NCBI GenBank assembly: GCA_963833985.1
Contig: CAWIAD010000001.1
Coordinates: 256,001 to 320,000, forward strand
Direction of reading: 5' to 3'
Origin: an uncultured Planctomycetaceae bacterium
Lineage (GTDB): Bacteria > Planctomycetota > Planctomycetia > Isosphaerales > Isosphaeraceae
DNA length: 64,000 nucleotides
Of the stretch, positions 9,567 through 20,565 are shown in pieces (positions within the stretch are counted from its first letter, which is position 1; each line of letters opens with the position of its first letter). Below the pieces are notes generated by a model. The model saw only the letters and a program-made list of their open reading frames with translations. It did not search any database and was not told where the DNA came from. A program made the position numbers and the translations under genes.

Positions 9567-11240
9567 CTACAGCCCGTGCTCGGCCTTGAGGATCTCTGCG
9601 GCGCGTTCGCCGATCACGACGCACGGAGCCATGGTGTTTCCGGTCGTCACGCGCGGCATGATGGAGCCATCCGCGATGCGGAGGTCTTCGACCCCGTAGA
9701 CCTTGAGATTGCCGTCGACCACCGACATCGAGTCTCGACCCATCTTGGCCGTACACGTCTGATGCCAGTAGCTCGAGGCGGCATTCCGGACGAAGTCCTC
9801 GAGCTCCGCGCCGCACAGGTTGCCCGGCATCACCTCGCGCTTCGCAAACGACCGGAGTGCGGCGGAGTTGCCGATCTCGCGGCAGAGCTCCACGCAGGCG
9901 ATCGCGGTCTGCAGGTCGTCCGGGTGGGACAAGAAGTTCACCTCGATCTGAACGGGATCGCCCGGATCGGGCCCCGTCAGCCGTAAGCGGCCTCGGCTTT
10001 TCGGGCGGGCGACGCCGCCGAACAACGTCCAGCCGGAGGCCGGCAACGGAAATCTGGCCGCATTCTCCACGCTCGACTTCGGAACCTCCGCCTGGCAAGC
10101 GAACACGTCGGGGCTGTCCGGCTCGGATTTGCTCCTCCAGAAGAAGATCGACTCGGACATGGTGTTGCGTGGCGGCAGTGCGTCCCGATATTCCCAGACA
10201 CAGTCCAGGCCGACATGGTCTTGAAGGTTCTGACCGACGCCCGGAAGGTGCCGCAAGACGGGGATTCCGTGGCGCTGCAACTCGGAATGGTCGCCGATCC
10301 CGGATTGCATCAGCACCTTCGGCGTGTGGATGGCACCGAGCGACAGCACCACCTCCAGGCCGGCACGAATGCGATGGGTCTTGCCGTCGTAAGTAAACTC
10401 CACGCCGGTGGCCCGACGGCCCTCGAAGGTTAACCGGGTCACCAGCGCGTGAGAGAGGACAGTCAGGTTCGGCCGGTCCATGTAGGGGAAGGTGTACGCA
10501 CGGAAGACCGCCTGGCGCTTCCCGGCCCGGGCCAGGACGTCGCTGATCGAATCGCCGCCCGCGCCCTCCATCATCCGACCGTTCGGGTTCTCGAACGTCG
10601 GAATTCCGACCGATCGTGCCCCTTCAACCATGGCGGGAGCGACCGGGTTGGGGTCGGGCGCGGGCTCGACGAAGACCGGCCCTCCCGTCCCGCGATATGC
10701 CGGGTCGGGGGCGCCGTGCCAATCTTCGATGCGACGGTAAATGTTCAAGACCGACTCGTAGCCCCAGGCGGGGTCCCCCGCCTCGGACGCGAAGAAATCC
10801 CAGTCGCTCCTGTGGCCGCGCGCCCAGACCATCACGTTTATGCTCGATCCGCCGCCGAGCACCTTGCCCATGGACAAGGGAATGGAGCGGCCGTTGAGAC
10901 GATGATTCGGTTGCCCCCGAAATCTCCAGTCCCGTTCGCTCCCGAGGTTCATGGGCCATCGGCCGGCTTCCGAGACGCTCGGTACGCCGTCGTCGCCGCC
11001 CGCCTCCAGCAGGAGCACGCTGACGTTCGCGTTCTCGGCCAGGCGACGCGCCACGACGGACCCGGAGGAACCCGAGCCGCAGACGATGAAGTCGTAATGT
11101 GGCTTCAGGCCGGCACGGAGGTCGCGCTGGTTGAGGCGGACGACTTCGGCGAAATCGGCCGCACGGGATCCTGACTCGAAAGGAGGGCCATCGTTCGCCT
11201 CGTTCTCAATCGTTGCTTCAGCCATGAGACCTGCCTTCAT
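9567..11240 (-). CDS. GMC oxidoreductase (choline dehydrogenase-like)
   Basis: YDFIVCGSGSSG, GKVLGGGSSIN, GVGQNLQDH, WHQTCTAKMG, GNTMAP. Confidence 0.92.
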   Translation of the reverse strand: MKAGLMAEATIENEANDGPPFESGSRAADFAEVVRLNQRDLRAGLKPHYDFIVCGSGSSGSVVARRLAENANVSVLLLEAGGDDGVPSVSEAGRWPMNLGSERDWRFRGQPNHRLNGRSIPLSMGKVLGGGSSINVMVWARGHRSDWDFFASEAGDPAWGYESVLNIYRRIEDWHGAPDPAYRGTGGPVFVEPAPDPNPVAPAMVEGARSVGIPTFENPNGRMMEGAGGDSISDVLARAGKRQAVFRAYTFPYMDRPNLTVLSHALVTRLTFEGRRATGVEFTYDGKTHRIRAGLEVVLSLGAIHTPKVLMQSGIGDHSELQRHGIPVLRHLPGVGQNLQDHVGLDCVWEYRDALPPRNTMSESIFFWRSKSEPDSPDVFACQAEVPKSSVENAARFPLPASGWTLFGGVARPKSRGRLRLTGPDPGDPVQIEVNFLSHPDDLQTAIACVELCREIGNSAALRSFAKREVMPGNLCGAELEDFVRNAASSYWHQTCTAKMGRDSMSVVDGNLKVYGVEDLRIADGSIMPRVTTGNTMAPCVVIGERAAEILKAEHGL

Positions 11241-11866
11241 TTCTTCCTCTTGCTTTTATCTCGAACGGTAAAATGGGGAGTTCGTGAGCCCTCCCCGGCC
11301 TGCGACAGGAGGGTGAATGCCGCATCGCGGGCCACGTCGGCTGGCCCGGGCGTGCCCTCGATCACGGCGGTGACGATCGCCCCCTCAATCAGCATGGCGA
11401 CACAGGGTGCCAGCCTCGCCGCCTCCGTGCCGAGCGCCTCCCCGATGAGCCCCTCCAGGAGGGCGTGGAAGCGCTCCTTGTGCCGGCGGGCGAACAGGAA
11501 ACCGGGATGCTTTTCGTCCGCCAGTTCGACCGAGGCGTTGATGAAGGCGCAGCCCCGGAACGTCGGCGTCTCGAACCATTCCTTGAGGGCGGCGAAGAGG
11601 GCGGCGAGGCGGGTCGCCCCGGCCTCGGTGTGTCGCCCGATGGCCTGCCCGAACCATTCCATGAACTGCTGCTCCCGGTATTGGAGGACGGCCAGGATGA
11701 GGTCGTCCTTGGACCGGAAGTGGGAGTACAAAGTCATCTTGGCCGCCCCGGACTCGGCGATGATGCGGTCGATCCCGACGGCCCTCACCCCCTCGGCGTA
11801 GAAGAGCCGGTCGGCGGTGTCGAGGATGCGTTGCCGAGCGTTGGGGTTGGCCTTGGAGTGTCTCAT
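11237..11866 (-). CDS. TetR/AcrR family transcriptional regulator
   Basis: HTH GIDRIIAESGAAKMTLYSHFRSKDDL and FRGCAFIN; ATGA overlap with the GMC gene. Confidence 0.92.
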   Translation of the reverse strand: MRHSKANPNARQRILDTADRLFYAEGVRAVGIDRIIAESGAAKMTLYSHFRSKDDLILAVLQYREQQFMEWFGQAIGRHTEAGATRLAALFAALKEWFETPTFRGCAFINASVELADEKHPGFLFARRHKERFHALLEGLIGEALGTEAARLAPCVAMLIEGAIVTAVIEGTPGPADVARDAAFTLLSQAGEGSRTPHFTVRDKSKRKK

Positions 11867-11872
11867 GGCAGA

Positions 11873-11901
11873 TTTATACAGACAGGTCTGTCTAGAGTCA
11901 A
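11873..11901 (-). promoter_or_regulatory. Sigma70-type promoter with palindromic operator in the spacer
   Basis: Minus strand TTGACT-17 nt-TATAAA; palindrome AGACAG-GT-CTGTCT at 11880-11893; ATG only 6 nt after the -10. Confidence 0.75.
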
Positions 11902-12350
11902 GAGTCGGGCCGCCGCTGGAATCTCGGACGAGCTGATCGCGAATCGCCCACCGAGAGTCTTGGCCTGTCGCGCCATCCAGGTATCGGAATCAACGGCTTT
12001 GAGTCGTACGGTCGATACGGCCGTGACCCAGTGTCCCCGTGAGGTGTCGCAGTTTTCTATCGTAGACTTAAGACGCTGTCAGACACGAAATCGGAGTTGC
12101 CGGCCCGGCATCGGCAGGCGACGGCCATGTTCATGCCCGGGCTCAAGGAAATGATCGATCTCAAACCGACTCATCATCGGTCGGACGCCCGGGCGATCGG
12201 GTTTTTTCAAGTTGTCTGGTCCGGTGTTTCCCTCTGAATCGAGTGGACATCCGGTACGGGATCGCGTTACAACAAAGCGAGCAGCTCTGCCGGTGTACGC
12301 CCTGGCAACGCACGCCGGGCGGCCGAGATGCCGGGCGCGGAGGCCGCAAG

Positions 12351-13337
12351 ATGACGCTGGCGGTTGGTTCTCCCCTGCGGTTCGACCCCATTCTCCGGAG
12401 GCTCATCTGGGGCGGCCGGCGGCTCGGCACGGTGCTCGGCAAGCCGATCGGTGAGTTCCGCGACTATGCCGAGAGCTGGGAGCTGGCTGACTATCGCGAC
12501 GCCGTGAGCAAGGTCGGCGAGGGGCCGCTCAAGGGGTGCAGCCTGCGCAGTCTGGTGCACGACCACGCCCGCGACCTGCTGGGGCCCGGACTCGCCGGAT
12601 GCGAACAGTTTCCGCTCCTGGTCAAGTTCATCGACGCCTGCGACGTGCTCTCGGTGCAGGTTCATCCCGACGACGAGAAAGGGAAGCGGCTGGCCGGCGA
12701 CAACGGCAAGACGGAGACATGGGTGGTGGTGGACGCGGAGCCGGGCAGCCGGATCTACGCCGGGCTGAAACCCGGAGTAACCCGGGCGCAGTTCGGGGCG
12801 GCGATCGCCGGCGGGGACGTCGAGCCCCTGCTCCACCACTTTCCCGCCAGGCCCGGCGACTGCATCATGATCGAGGCGGGGACGGTTCATGCCATCGGTG
12901 CGGGAGTGTTGCTGGCGGAGATCCAGCAGATGTCCGACGCCACGTTCCGGGTCTTCGACTGGGGCCGGGTTGGAGCGGACGGCCGCCCGCGCGAGCTGCA
13001 CGTCGAACAAGCCCTCGAATCGACCGATTTCCAGCGCGGGCCGGTCAATCCCCTGGCTCCCGAGCCCACGAGTGCCGGCGAGGGGCAGGTGCGCGAGCGG
13101 CTCTCGCACTGCCCGTACTTCGCTCTGGAGCGGTGGACGCTGACGCGGCCCGCCCGGCTCGGCCATCCGGACCGGTTCACCATCCTGCTCGGGCTGGGCG
13201 GGGCGGCCGAGGTCCGGCACCAGAATGACACCCTGAACCTGGAATTCGGCCAGACCCTGCTCCTGCCGGCCGCCTGTGGGCCTTGTGAGATCCATCCCCG
13301 AGGCCGGGCCGTGGTGCTCACCTGCGTGGTGCCATGA
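12351..13337 (+). CDS. manA: Mannose-6-phosphate isomerase, type I
   Basis: IWGG, AESWE, FPLLVKFIDA, LSVQVHP, GKTETW, GTVHAIG, EIQQMSDATFRVFDWGR; start chosen at ATG 12351. Confidence 0.88.
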   Translation: MTLAVGSPLRFDPILRRLIWGGRRLGTVLGKPIGEFRDYAESWELADYRDAVSKVGEGPLKGCSLRSLVHDHARDLLGPGLAGCEQFPLLVKFIDACDVLSVQVHPDDEKGKRLAGDNGKTETWVVVDAEPGSRIYAGLKPGVTRAQFGAAIAGGDVEPLLHHFPARPGDCIMIEAGTVHAIGAGVLLAEIQQMSDATFRVFDWGRVGADGRPRELHVEQALESTDFQRGPVNPLAPEPTSAGEGQVRERLSHCPYFALERWTLTRPARLGHPDRFTILLGLGGAAEVRHQNDTLNLEFGQTLLLPAACGPCEIHPRGRAVVLTCVVP

Positions 13338-13450
13338 CGGATGACCGGCGAAGCTCGGCCGGCCCTTCCCGCGGTAGATGAATTGCGGTCTTGCGCGGCG
13401 GACGCGACCGCGGATCGAAACTTCTGACCCAAGCAGAGAGGGAGCGACAC

Positions 13451-14551
13451 GTGCACATGGAGGATGCCCCCGCGCAGTCCACGCAAGTCTTGCGGGCGCC
13501 ATCGCCCTGGCTGCGATTGAGCCGGGCGGGGCGAGCCGCGTTCGACCCCGGCAAGATCGTGCTGGGGGCGATCGTCGTGTTGCTGATTCAGGCCGGATGG
13601 AGCTTGCTGGGCCGCGTTCTTCCGGCTTTGCCGCCCGCAACCTCGTGGGCGCAGCCCTGGGATATGAACCTGGCGACGGCCACGCCGGCGCCCGCGGCTT
13701 CATTCTTCACGGAGTCTGCGCTGCGGGCGCCCTGGCGGCTTACCGAGCCGGCCCTGATGCTATTGAGGCCGCTGGCGGAGCTGTTCTCTCCCGGACAGGG
13801 TCTGGGCGTCTCGCTGCACGCGCTGGGGAGGCTTCTCTGGGTGCTGGCGGTGGGCGGCATCGGCGGCGGCGCCATTGCGCGGATGGCGCTCATGCAGACG
13901 GGCCGGCAGGAATCGCCCGGCATGGCCGGAGCCTTGCGCTTTGCGGGGCGCTTTGCGCTGCCGCTCATCGCAACGCCGTTTTTTCCGCTGCTGGGCTTGT
14001 TTTTGTGCGGGCTGGTGTGCGCCGGGTTCGGCCTGCTTTTTCGGCTGCCTGCGCGCATTGGCACGGCGCTCGGCGGCGCGTTGTTCGTCGTCCCGCTCGG
14101 CCTGGGGCTGGTGATGGCCGTCCTGCTGCTGGGCCTGGCCGCGGGGTGGCCGCTCTTTTGCGTGGCCGTGGCCGCGGAGGCCGAGGACGTCCTCGACGCC
14201 TTCAGCCGAACGTTCAGCTATCTCAACCAGCGCCTGGGCAAGTTCCTCCTCTGCGTGCTGCTGGCATGGCTGGCGGGGATACCCGCGCTCTGGGTGGTGG
14301 ACCTGCTGGCCGCCGGCGCCACTCACATGGCCGCGTGGGGCGTGGGTTTGTCGGCACCGGCTTCGAGCCTGGCGGGCCTGGCCGGTGATCCCGCGGACGC
14401 AGGGGCCTTCGCGCGGTTCTGGCTGGGGGTCGTCGGCTTCTTCGTGCGGGGATGGATCCAGGCTTATTTCTGGACCGCGGCGTCTTTTATCTACCTGCTT
14501 TTGCGCAATGATGTCGACGGCACGCCCTGGGGAGAAGTGAAGGCCGGATGA
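13451..14551 (+). CDS. Multi-pass membrane protein of unknown function
   Basis: About six hydrophobic segments, C-terminal IYLLLRxDVDGTP; GGAG upstream of GTG 13451. Confidence 0.75.
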   Translation: MHMEDAPAQSTQVLRAPSPWLRLSRAGRAAFDPGKIVLGAIVVLLIQAGWSLLGRVLPALPPATSWAQPWDMNLATATPAPAASFFTESALRAPWRLTEPALMLLRPLAELFSPGQGLGVSLHALGRLLWVLAVGGIGGGAIARMALMQTGRQESPGMAGALRFAGRFALPLIATPFFPLLGLFLCGLVCAGFGLLFRLPARIGTALGGALFVVPLGLGLVMAVLLLGLAAGWPLFCVAVAAEAEDVLDAFSRTFSYLNQRLGKFLLCVLLAWLAGIPALWVVDLLAAGATHMAAWGVGLSAPASSLAGLAGDPADAGAFARFWLGVVGFFVRGWIQAYFWTAASFIYLLLRNDVDGTPWGEVKAG

Positions 14552-14562
14552 AGACCGGTCGC

Positions 14563-15648
14563 TCAGACAGGCGGATCAGCCTGCGGCCAGGTGGCATGGC
14601 GGCGGTAGAGTGCGGCCAGCAGATCGGCTTCAATCTCCAGGTCGAATCGTGCGCGGATGGACGCCTGCCCGCGGCGGGCGAGCAGCGCGGCCTGGTCCGG
14701 ATGGTCGAGGAGGGTGCTGATGGCTCGGGCCAGTGGCTCGGGCTGGCCGGCGGGAACCAGCAGTCCGGAGGCGCCGTGATCAGTCAGGGCGCGCAGGCCC
14801 ATGACTTCGGTGGCGACGGCGGGAACGCACTGGCTCATGGCCAGGATCAACGTGCGGCCGGTGCTGGGCACGAGCGAGGGCTGGCAGAAAAGGTCCAGCA
14901 CGGTCCAGAAGCGGGGCCCGATCGCCTCCAGGTCCGACACGCTCACGCGCTCGGCGATGTGCAGCCACTGGGCACGGCGCCGCAGGTTCAGGGTGTCCGG
15001 GCCCTGGGTGGCGATCAGGAACTCGGCGTCCCTGCCGGTGGCCAGCACCTGCCGCGCGGCCTCGAGAAAGACCGCAAAGCCCGAGCTTTCCCGCACGGGC
15101 CCTGCCGTGCCGATGACCGGGATGCGCTGCTCCGCGGCGCGCGGAGAGGGCAGGACCGGCGGCACTCCCGGCGCGATGAGCTCGACCCGTTCCGCCGGAA
15201 AACCAAGCACGCGAACCAGCTCGTCGGCCAGTTCCGGGCTGGTGGCCACAATGCCTCGGAACCAGCGTCGGCTCACCTTCATTCCCTGCTCCAGGGTCTC
15301 GAACTCGCGGACGGTCTGGAGGTACGGCAAGCTCCATGCCTCCGCCGTCGCGATGCCGGTGGCGGCCATCGCTTCGCCGAGCACGTGCAGCACGCGGCGC
15401 TGGGCGGGCGAGGAATCGAGGTGAAGCTGGCGCAGGGTGAGCGGTTGGAGCCAGCGATTTCCCAGGTTGGGAACCTCGAGCACCCGCGCGTCGTCCGGCG
15501 GAGCCTCGCCGCGGGAAAGACAGATGACGCGCCCCGTGACGCCTCGTTGCTGGAGCCGGTCCAGGAACGGGGTCATGGGTCCCGGGTCATCCGTACGGCC
15601 CAGCCTCCCTGCCAGGAAGATGACTTCGATCAAATCATTCACACTCAA
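14563..15648 (-). CDS. Glycosyltransferase family 4-like (GT-B)
   Basis: LDLFCQPS...LILAMSQCVPAVAT, SGLLVP, C-terminal Rossmann fold; canonical E-x7-E not evident. Confidence 0.8.
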   Translation of the reverse strand: MSVNDLIEVIFLAGRLGRTDDPGPMTPFLDRLQQRGVTGRVICLSRGEAPPDDARVLEVPNLGNRWLQPLTLRQLHLDSSPAQRRVLHVLGEAMAATGIATAEAWSLPYLQTVREFETLEQGMKVSRRWFRGIVATSPELADELVRVLGFPAERVELIAPGVPPVLPSPRAAEQRIPVIGTAGPVRESSGFAVFLEAARQVLATGRDAEFLIATQGPDTLNLRRRAQWLHIAERVSVSDLEAIGPRFWTVLDLFCQPSLVPSTGRTLILAMSQCVPAVATEVMGLRALTDHGASGLLVPAGQPEPLARAISTLLDHPDQAALLARRGQASIRARFDLEIEADLLAALYRRHATWPQADPPV

Positions 15649-15808
15649 TCGCGGCCGCGGAACTGGTTCGCGGCGTCGCCTCCAAAGTGGAGTGGGCGAA
15701 GACCTTGCCGCTCGGGACGCAACGTTTGATTCGTTGCCCTGATTGTCTATACTGTTAACTCCCGGACCTTCAAGGCAGGCAAGACGCTAACCGTCTCGAG
15801 CATCACGC

Positions 15809-16786
15809 ATGAATTCGACCCAGATCGTAGAACCGTCGCTGCCCGCACAGGAAGTACTTTATCAATTATCAAACCGGCTGCTCGAGAACGTGGCCCTGGT
15901 TGTGCTCGGCAAGACTGAGGTGATCAAGCTGGCGGTCGTGGCGCTCCTGGCTGAGGGCCACGTGCTCATCGAGGATGTTCCGGGTGTCGGCAAGACGCTG
16001 CTGGCCCGGGCGCTGGCGGCCAGTATCGATTGCTCGTTCCGGCGAATCCAGTTCACACCCGACCTGCTTCCCTCGGACGTTCTGGGGTCGAACATCTTCC
16101 ATGCGCCCAGCGGGGAATTCGTTTTCAAGCCTGGCCCCCTGTTCTCCAACGTGATTCTTGCCGACGAGATCAACCGGACGACCCCGCGTACACAGAGCGC
16201 CCTGCTGGAGGCCATGAGCGACCGCCAGGTATCGGTGGAGGGTAAGACTTACCCGCTCGATCCGCCGTTCATCGTACTGGCCACTCAGAACCCGTACGAG
16301 TTCGAGGGAACGTACGTGCTGCCGGAAAGCCAGCTCGACCGGTTCATGATCCGGCTGCGCATGGGATACCCGATCCGGTCCGAGGAGCGCAGGGTTCTGG
16401 CCAACCACCGCGACGGAGAGCCGGTGGAATCGCTGGGCTCGGTGCTCTCCGCCGACGAAATCTTGCAGTTGCAGCAGGGGGTGCGCCAGGTCCGCGTCGA
16501 CGACGCCATTGCCGAATACCTTCTGGATATCGTGCACATGTCACGCCGCAGTGAGGATCTGCATGTCGGCGTGAGCACGCGCAGGGCGCTGACCCTGTAC
16601 CGGGCGGCCCAGAGCCTGGCCCTGGTTTCAGGTCGAGATTTCGTGATTCCCGACGACATCAAGACGCTGGCCGTGCCGATCCTGGCCCACCGCGTACTTG
16701 GCAAGTCGTTCCTTCAGGCTGGCGAGTTCGGAGCGGCCGAGGCGATCATTCGCGACCTGGTCGACCGGATCCGGGTACCCGTCTGA
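15809..16786 (+). CDS. moxR: MoxR family AAA+ ATPase
   Basis: EDVPGVGKT, RIQFTPDLLPSD, LADEINR, ATQNP, LPESQLDRF. Confidence 0.95.
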   Translation: MNSTQIVEPSLPAQEVLYQLSNRLLENVALVVLGKTEVIKLAVVALLAEGHVLIEDVPGVGKTLLARALAASIDCSFRRIQFTPDLLPSDVLGSNIFHAPSGEFVFKPGPLFSNVILADEINRTTPRTQSALLEAMSDRQVSVEGKTYPLDPPFIVLATQNPYEFEGTYVLPESQLDRFMIRLRMGYPIRSEERRVLANHRDGEPVESLGSVLSADEILQLQQGVRQVRVDDAIAEYLLDIVHMSRRSEDLHVGVSTRRALTLYRAAQSLALVSGRDFVIPDDIKTLAVPILAHRVLGKSFLQAGEFGAAEAIIRDLVDRIRVPV

Positions 16787-16845
16787 ACGGGCGCTCGACC
16801 TGGAAGGTGAACCGTTGTCGGACAACGGGTCGGAAAGGGGAAGGG

Positions 16846-18264
16846 ATGGCAAGCGTTGAGAGAGCCCGCTCGCCGCGGCCGCGCGGCCTCCTGAGCCGGT
16901 TTGCCCGGGGGCTCGCCAGCGCCCTGGTGCCAACCGAACGCACCATTCTCACCCGCGAAGGCTGGTGCTACTTCGTGATGATGAGCGTGCTGCTGATCGC
17001 GGGGCTGTACCAGCAAGTGAACCTGATCTTGCTGGTCTCCACCCTGGCCGCCGGCCCCTTCCTGACCTCATGGATCGGCAGCCGAACGCTGCTGCGCCGA
17101 CTGTGCGTGCACCGCCGTGTCCCGGGCTACGTCTTCTCGGGCGATCCTCTGGTCGTCCATTACACGCTGGAGAACGGCCGGCGGTGGATGGCGGCTCTGG
17201 CGATGTTCATGGAAGACGCACTGGCCCCCGTCGACGGCGCAGCACCCGACTGGTCCATCGCGCCGCGGGTGTTCTTTCCCCGCGTGGCAGGGCGCGACCG
17301 CTCCACGGTGCGGTGGCAGACTGTCAGCCCGCGCCGGGGCAAGTACAGCTTCCAGGACCTGGACCTGGGAACGCGAGCCCCGTTTGGACTGGTCGAGCGG
17401 CGCGTGACGATCCCGCTCTCCGACGACCTGCTGGTTTACCCCAGGATCGGCCGCCTGACACGGCGGTGGTTCCAGCTCCAGCGTCAGGCCAGCGAGAACC
17501 GGATGGGCAAGCGACATGATCGCTCGTCGCAGCAGGAGGAGTATCACGGTCTGCGCGACTACCGCTCGGGAGATAACCCGCGGTGGATTCACTGGCGCAC
17601 CTCGGCACGCCGGGGCGAGCTCATGGTGAAGGAGTTCGAGCAGCAGAACGAGCAGGACCTGGCCATCCTGATCGACCCGTGGCTGCCCCGCACCAAGGTC
17701 GCCGCCGAGCTGCGCGAGGCCATGGAGCAGGCCGTTTCGTTCGCGGCGACGGTCTGCCTGGAGACGTGCCGGCGGCAAGGACGGCGGCTGATCCTGGGCT
17801 GGACCGGGGCCACACCGGAAGTCTGCCAGGGCCATGCCTCCGTGAAGCTGCTGCACGAGCTGCTGGAACGGCTGGCCCTGCTTCGGCCGGCCACGGAGGG
17901 GACGCTGGCCGAGCTGATCGACGTCCTGCCTTCGAGCGTGCTCCGCGACTCGCTGCTGGTCATCGTCTCCACGCGTCCGGTCAACCTGGCGGAGGAGGCC
18001 GAGCGGTCCACCCGGCTCTCCGGGTCGTCGTCGCGTAACCTGATGGCCAGGGCGATCGTGCTGGGCGTCACGCAGGGCGATCTCTCCGACCTGATCCAGG
18101 ATGCGGGAGCCAGCTCGAGGTTGCTGCTGGAGCAGCGATTTTCCTCGGCCGAGCAGGACCGGCTGACCAGCCAGGACGACCGCTTCAGAGCGGCTCAGCC
18201 CGGGGCCGACCCGCAGGTCTCGGGATCCGCCTTCCCGACCGCTGACGGAAAGGGGCGATCGTGA
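16846..18264 (+). CDS. DUF58 (vWA-like) protein
   Basis: LRDYRSGDNPRWIHWRTSARRGELMVKEFE motif, N-terminal TMs, follows moxR. Confidence 0.9.
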   Translation: MASVERARSPRPRGLLSRFARGLASALVPTERTILTREGWCYFVMMSVLLIAGLYQQVNLILLVSTLAAGPFLTSWIGSRTLLRRLCVHRRVPGYVFSGDPLVVHYTLENGRRWMAALAMFMEDALAPVDGAAPDWSIAPRVFFPRVAGRDRSTVRWQTVSPRRGKYSFQDLDLGTRAPFGLVERRVTIPLSDDLLVYPRIGRLTRRWFQLQRQASENRMGKRHDRSSQQEEYHGLRDYRSGDNPRWIHWRTSARRGELMVKEFEQQNEQDLAILIDPWLPRTKVAAELREAMEQAVSFAATVCLETCRRQGRRLILGWTGATPEVCQGHASVKLLHELLERLALLRPATEGTLAELIDVLPSSVLRDSLLVIVSTRPVNLAEEAERSTRLSGSSSRNLMARAIVLGVTQGDLSDLIQDAGASSRLLLEQRFSSAEQDRLTSQDDRFRAAQPGADPQVSGSAFPTADGKGRS

Positions 18265-20551
18265 CGAGTATTCTGATCTATCGCGCCAGCTTTTACCTGA
18301 TGCTGACCGTAGCCACGATGATCCTCTGCGGCGGAGGCAGCGATTCCCGTGTCGACGTGTTTCTTCCCGCCGTGATGTGCGTCGCGGGGGTGACCGCCTT
18401 CTTCTTCGTGGACCAGTCGCGCGGCTGGTGGCTGCCGCGCGACCTCGCCAACATCCTGGCCATTTGCACTCTGGGCCTGCTGTTCCTGGAATACCGGTCC
18501 GACGAGTTGCAGCTCATCCGCAGCCTGGGCCACTGGCTGGCCTACCTGCAATTGATCAAGTACTTCCGGCCCAAGAACGACGAGGACGACTGGTTCCTCT
18601 TTCTGCTGGGGCTGACCCAGGTGCTCATCGGCTCGGTGATCAACCAGGGAGACCTGGTCGGGCTCTGGCTGCTCTCGTGGGCGATCCTCTCGGTGTGGGT
18701 TCTGGGGCTCTTCTTCCTGGAGCGCGAGCTGCGCCGGTTCCGGATGGAGAGTGGCCCCGCGATCGCGACCGCGGCCAGCGAGCGATCGCGCGCCGCGCGC
18801 CGGCCTCCGGGCCCCTGGCGGACCCCTATCGCGGCCTCTTTGACATCCCCTACGCCGGCACCGCGCTGCGGGCCATGCTCGTCACTGTCCTGCTGGGGGG
18901 ACTGGTCTTCCTGTTGCTCCCGCGCCAGGCAGGCGCCACCCGGTCGCGTTCCTCGGGTTCGATGTCCAGGCACCTGACCGGCTTCGATGACGAGGTCAAG
19001 CTTGGTCAGCTCGGCGAGATCCTGGAGAATGACAGCATCGTGATGACCGTGGAGTTCTCCGACGAGACCAAAACGCTCATCCATCCCGCGGGCGAGCCTC
19101 TGTTCCGGGGAGTCACGCTCACCGAGTATGACCGCGGGCGCTGGAGGAGGCACGCCCGCACGCCGCAGACTATCGTCAGCCTGCCCTACTTTCGCAACTC
19201 CGGTCTGCGCCACAGGAGTATCATCCGCCAGATCATCAAGCTGGAACCAAACGATTCCGCCACGCTGTTTGCCCTGCGGCCGATCCTCGAGCTCTCCGCG
19301 TCCCCGCGCCTCCCGCCCTTTCTGAACCCGATCGACGGCACGATTTTCAGGCCCGAGCCGCGGGGCCCGTACGATTATGAAGTGATCTCCGACGCCAACT
19401 CCGAGGCCCCCCAGGAGAACGAGAATCCGATTACGCCCGCCTGGGTCGAGATCTTGCTCCAGATGCCCAAGGACCTGAAAGCGCGGTTCCGGCAGATCGC
19501 CCTGCCGCTGGTGCATGATCTCCCGGCCGAGGGAACCGAGGCCGTGACCGCGCGTTCGCGGGCACTGGAAACGTATCTGCGCGACTCCGGGCAGTTCGGC
19601 TACACCCTGGAAATGAACCGGGTCAACGCGACGATGGACCCCGTGGAGGACTTTCTGGTCAACCGCAAGAAAGGGCATTGCGAGTATTTCTCCAGCGCAC
19701 TGGCCCTGCTGCTGCGCTCGGTCGACATTCCCGCACGGGTGGTCAACGGGTTCAAGGGGGGCGACTGGAACGATCTGACGAAATCCATGAACGTGCGGCA
19801 GAAGCACGCGCACAGCTGGGTGGAGGCGTACGTTGGGCAGACGGAGAGCGGCGTCCCGCTCTGGATCACGCTCGACGCCACCCCGGTCTCCGATCGCGAC
19901 GTGTCAGTGGCCTCCGTGGGCGGCTTGACCACGAGCATCCGGCCGCTTGCCGACATGATTCGCTATGTCTGGGTCTTCTACATTCTGGGTTATGACGACA
20001 CGCGGCAGAATCGGCTGGTCTACACGCCGATCCGGACGACGATCCGCGAGGTACGCAACGGCTACGCCACGCTCTGGCTCTGGACGAAGCGGGCCTTCAG
20101 CCGCCTGTTCAATTTCCAGAGCCTCGGCTCGTTCGTGAGCATCAGGGGGTTCTTCGTCTCGTTCATCGTGCTGTCGCTTTTGGCCCTCGTGGTGAAGGTG
20201 GCCATTGCCCTGGGCCGGCTGCTCCTGAAGCTCTGGCGCGGGCCCGTCGATGATTCGGCGGGTCTGACCCCGGGTTTCCTGTTCTATCGGCGGCTGGCAC
20301 AATTGCTCGCCGATTACGACCTGGAACGGTCTCCCGCCGAGACCCAGAACGAGTTCGCCCTCCGTGCCAGCCGGTTCCTGAGCAGCCGGCTGGCGGGCGT
20401 GCAGGAAGTAGCCTACGTGCCTCACAAGATTGTCGAGGCGTTCTACCAGGTGCGATTCGGCCACCGCGACCTTGACGCCGACAGGCTCAGGATACTGGAG
20501 GAGGATCTCGACCTCCTTCAGGCACGGCTCCTTCAAAATCAAGATCAGTAA
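18261..20551 (+). CDS. TgpA-like membrane transglutaminase (frameshifted near 18790)
   Basis: TM N-terminus in ORF 18261-18977; GHCEYF / HSWVE / LDATP triad in ORF 18377-20551; adding 1 nt gives a 763-aa frame. Confidence 0.85.
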
Positions 20552-20565
20552 AGGATCGGCGTGGC

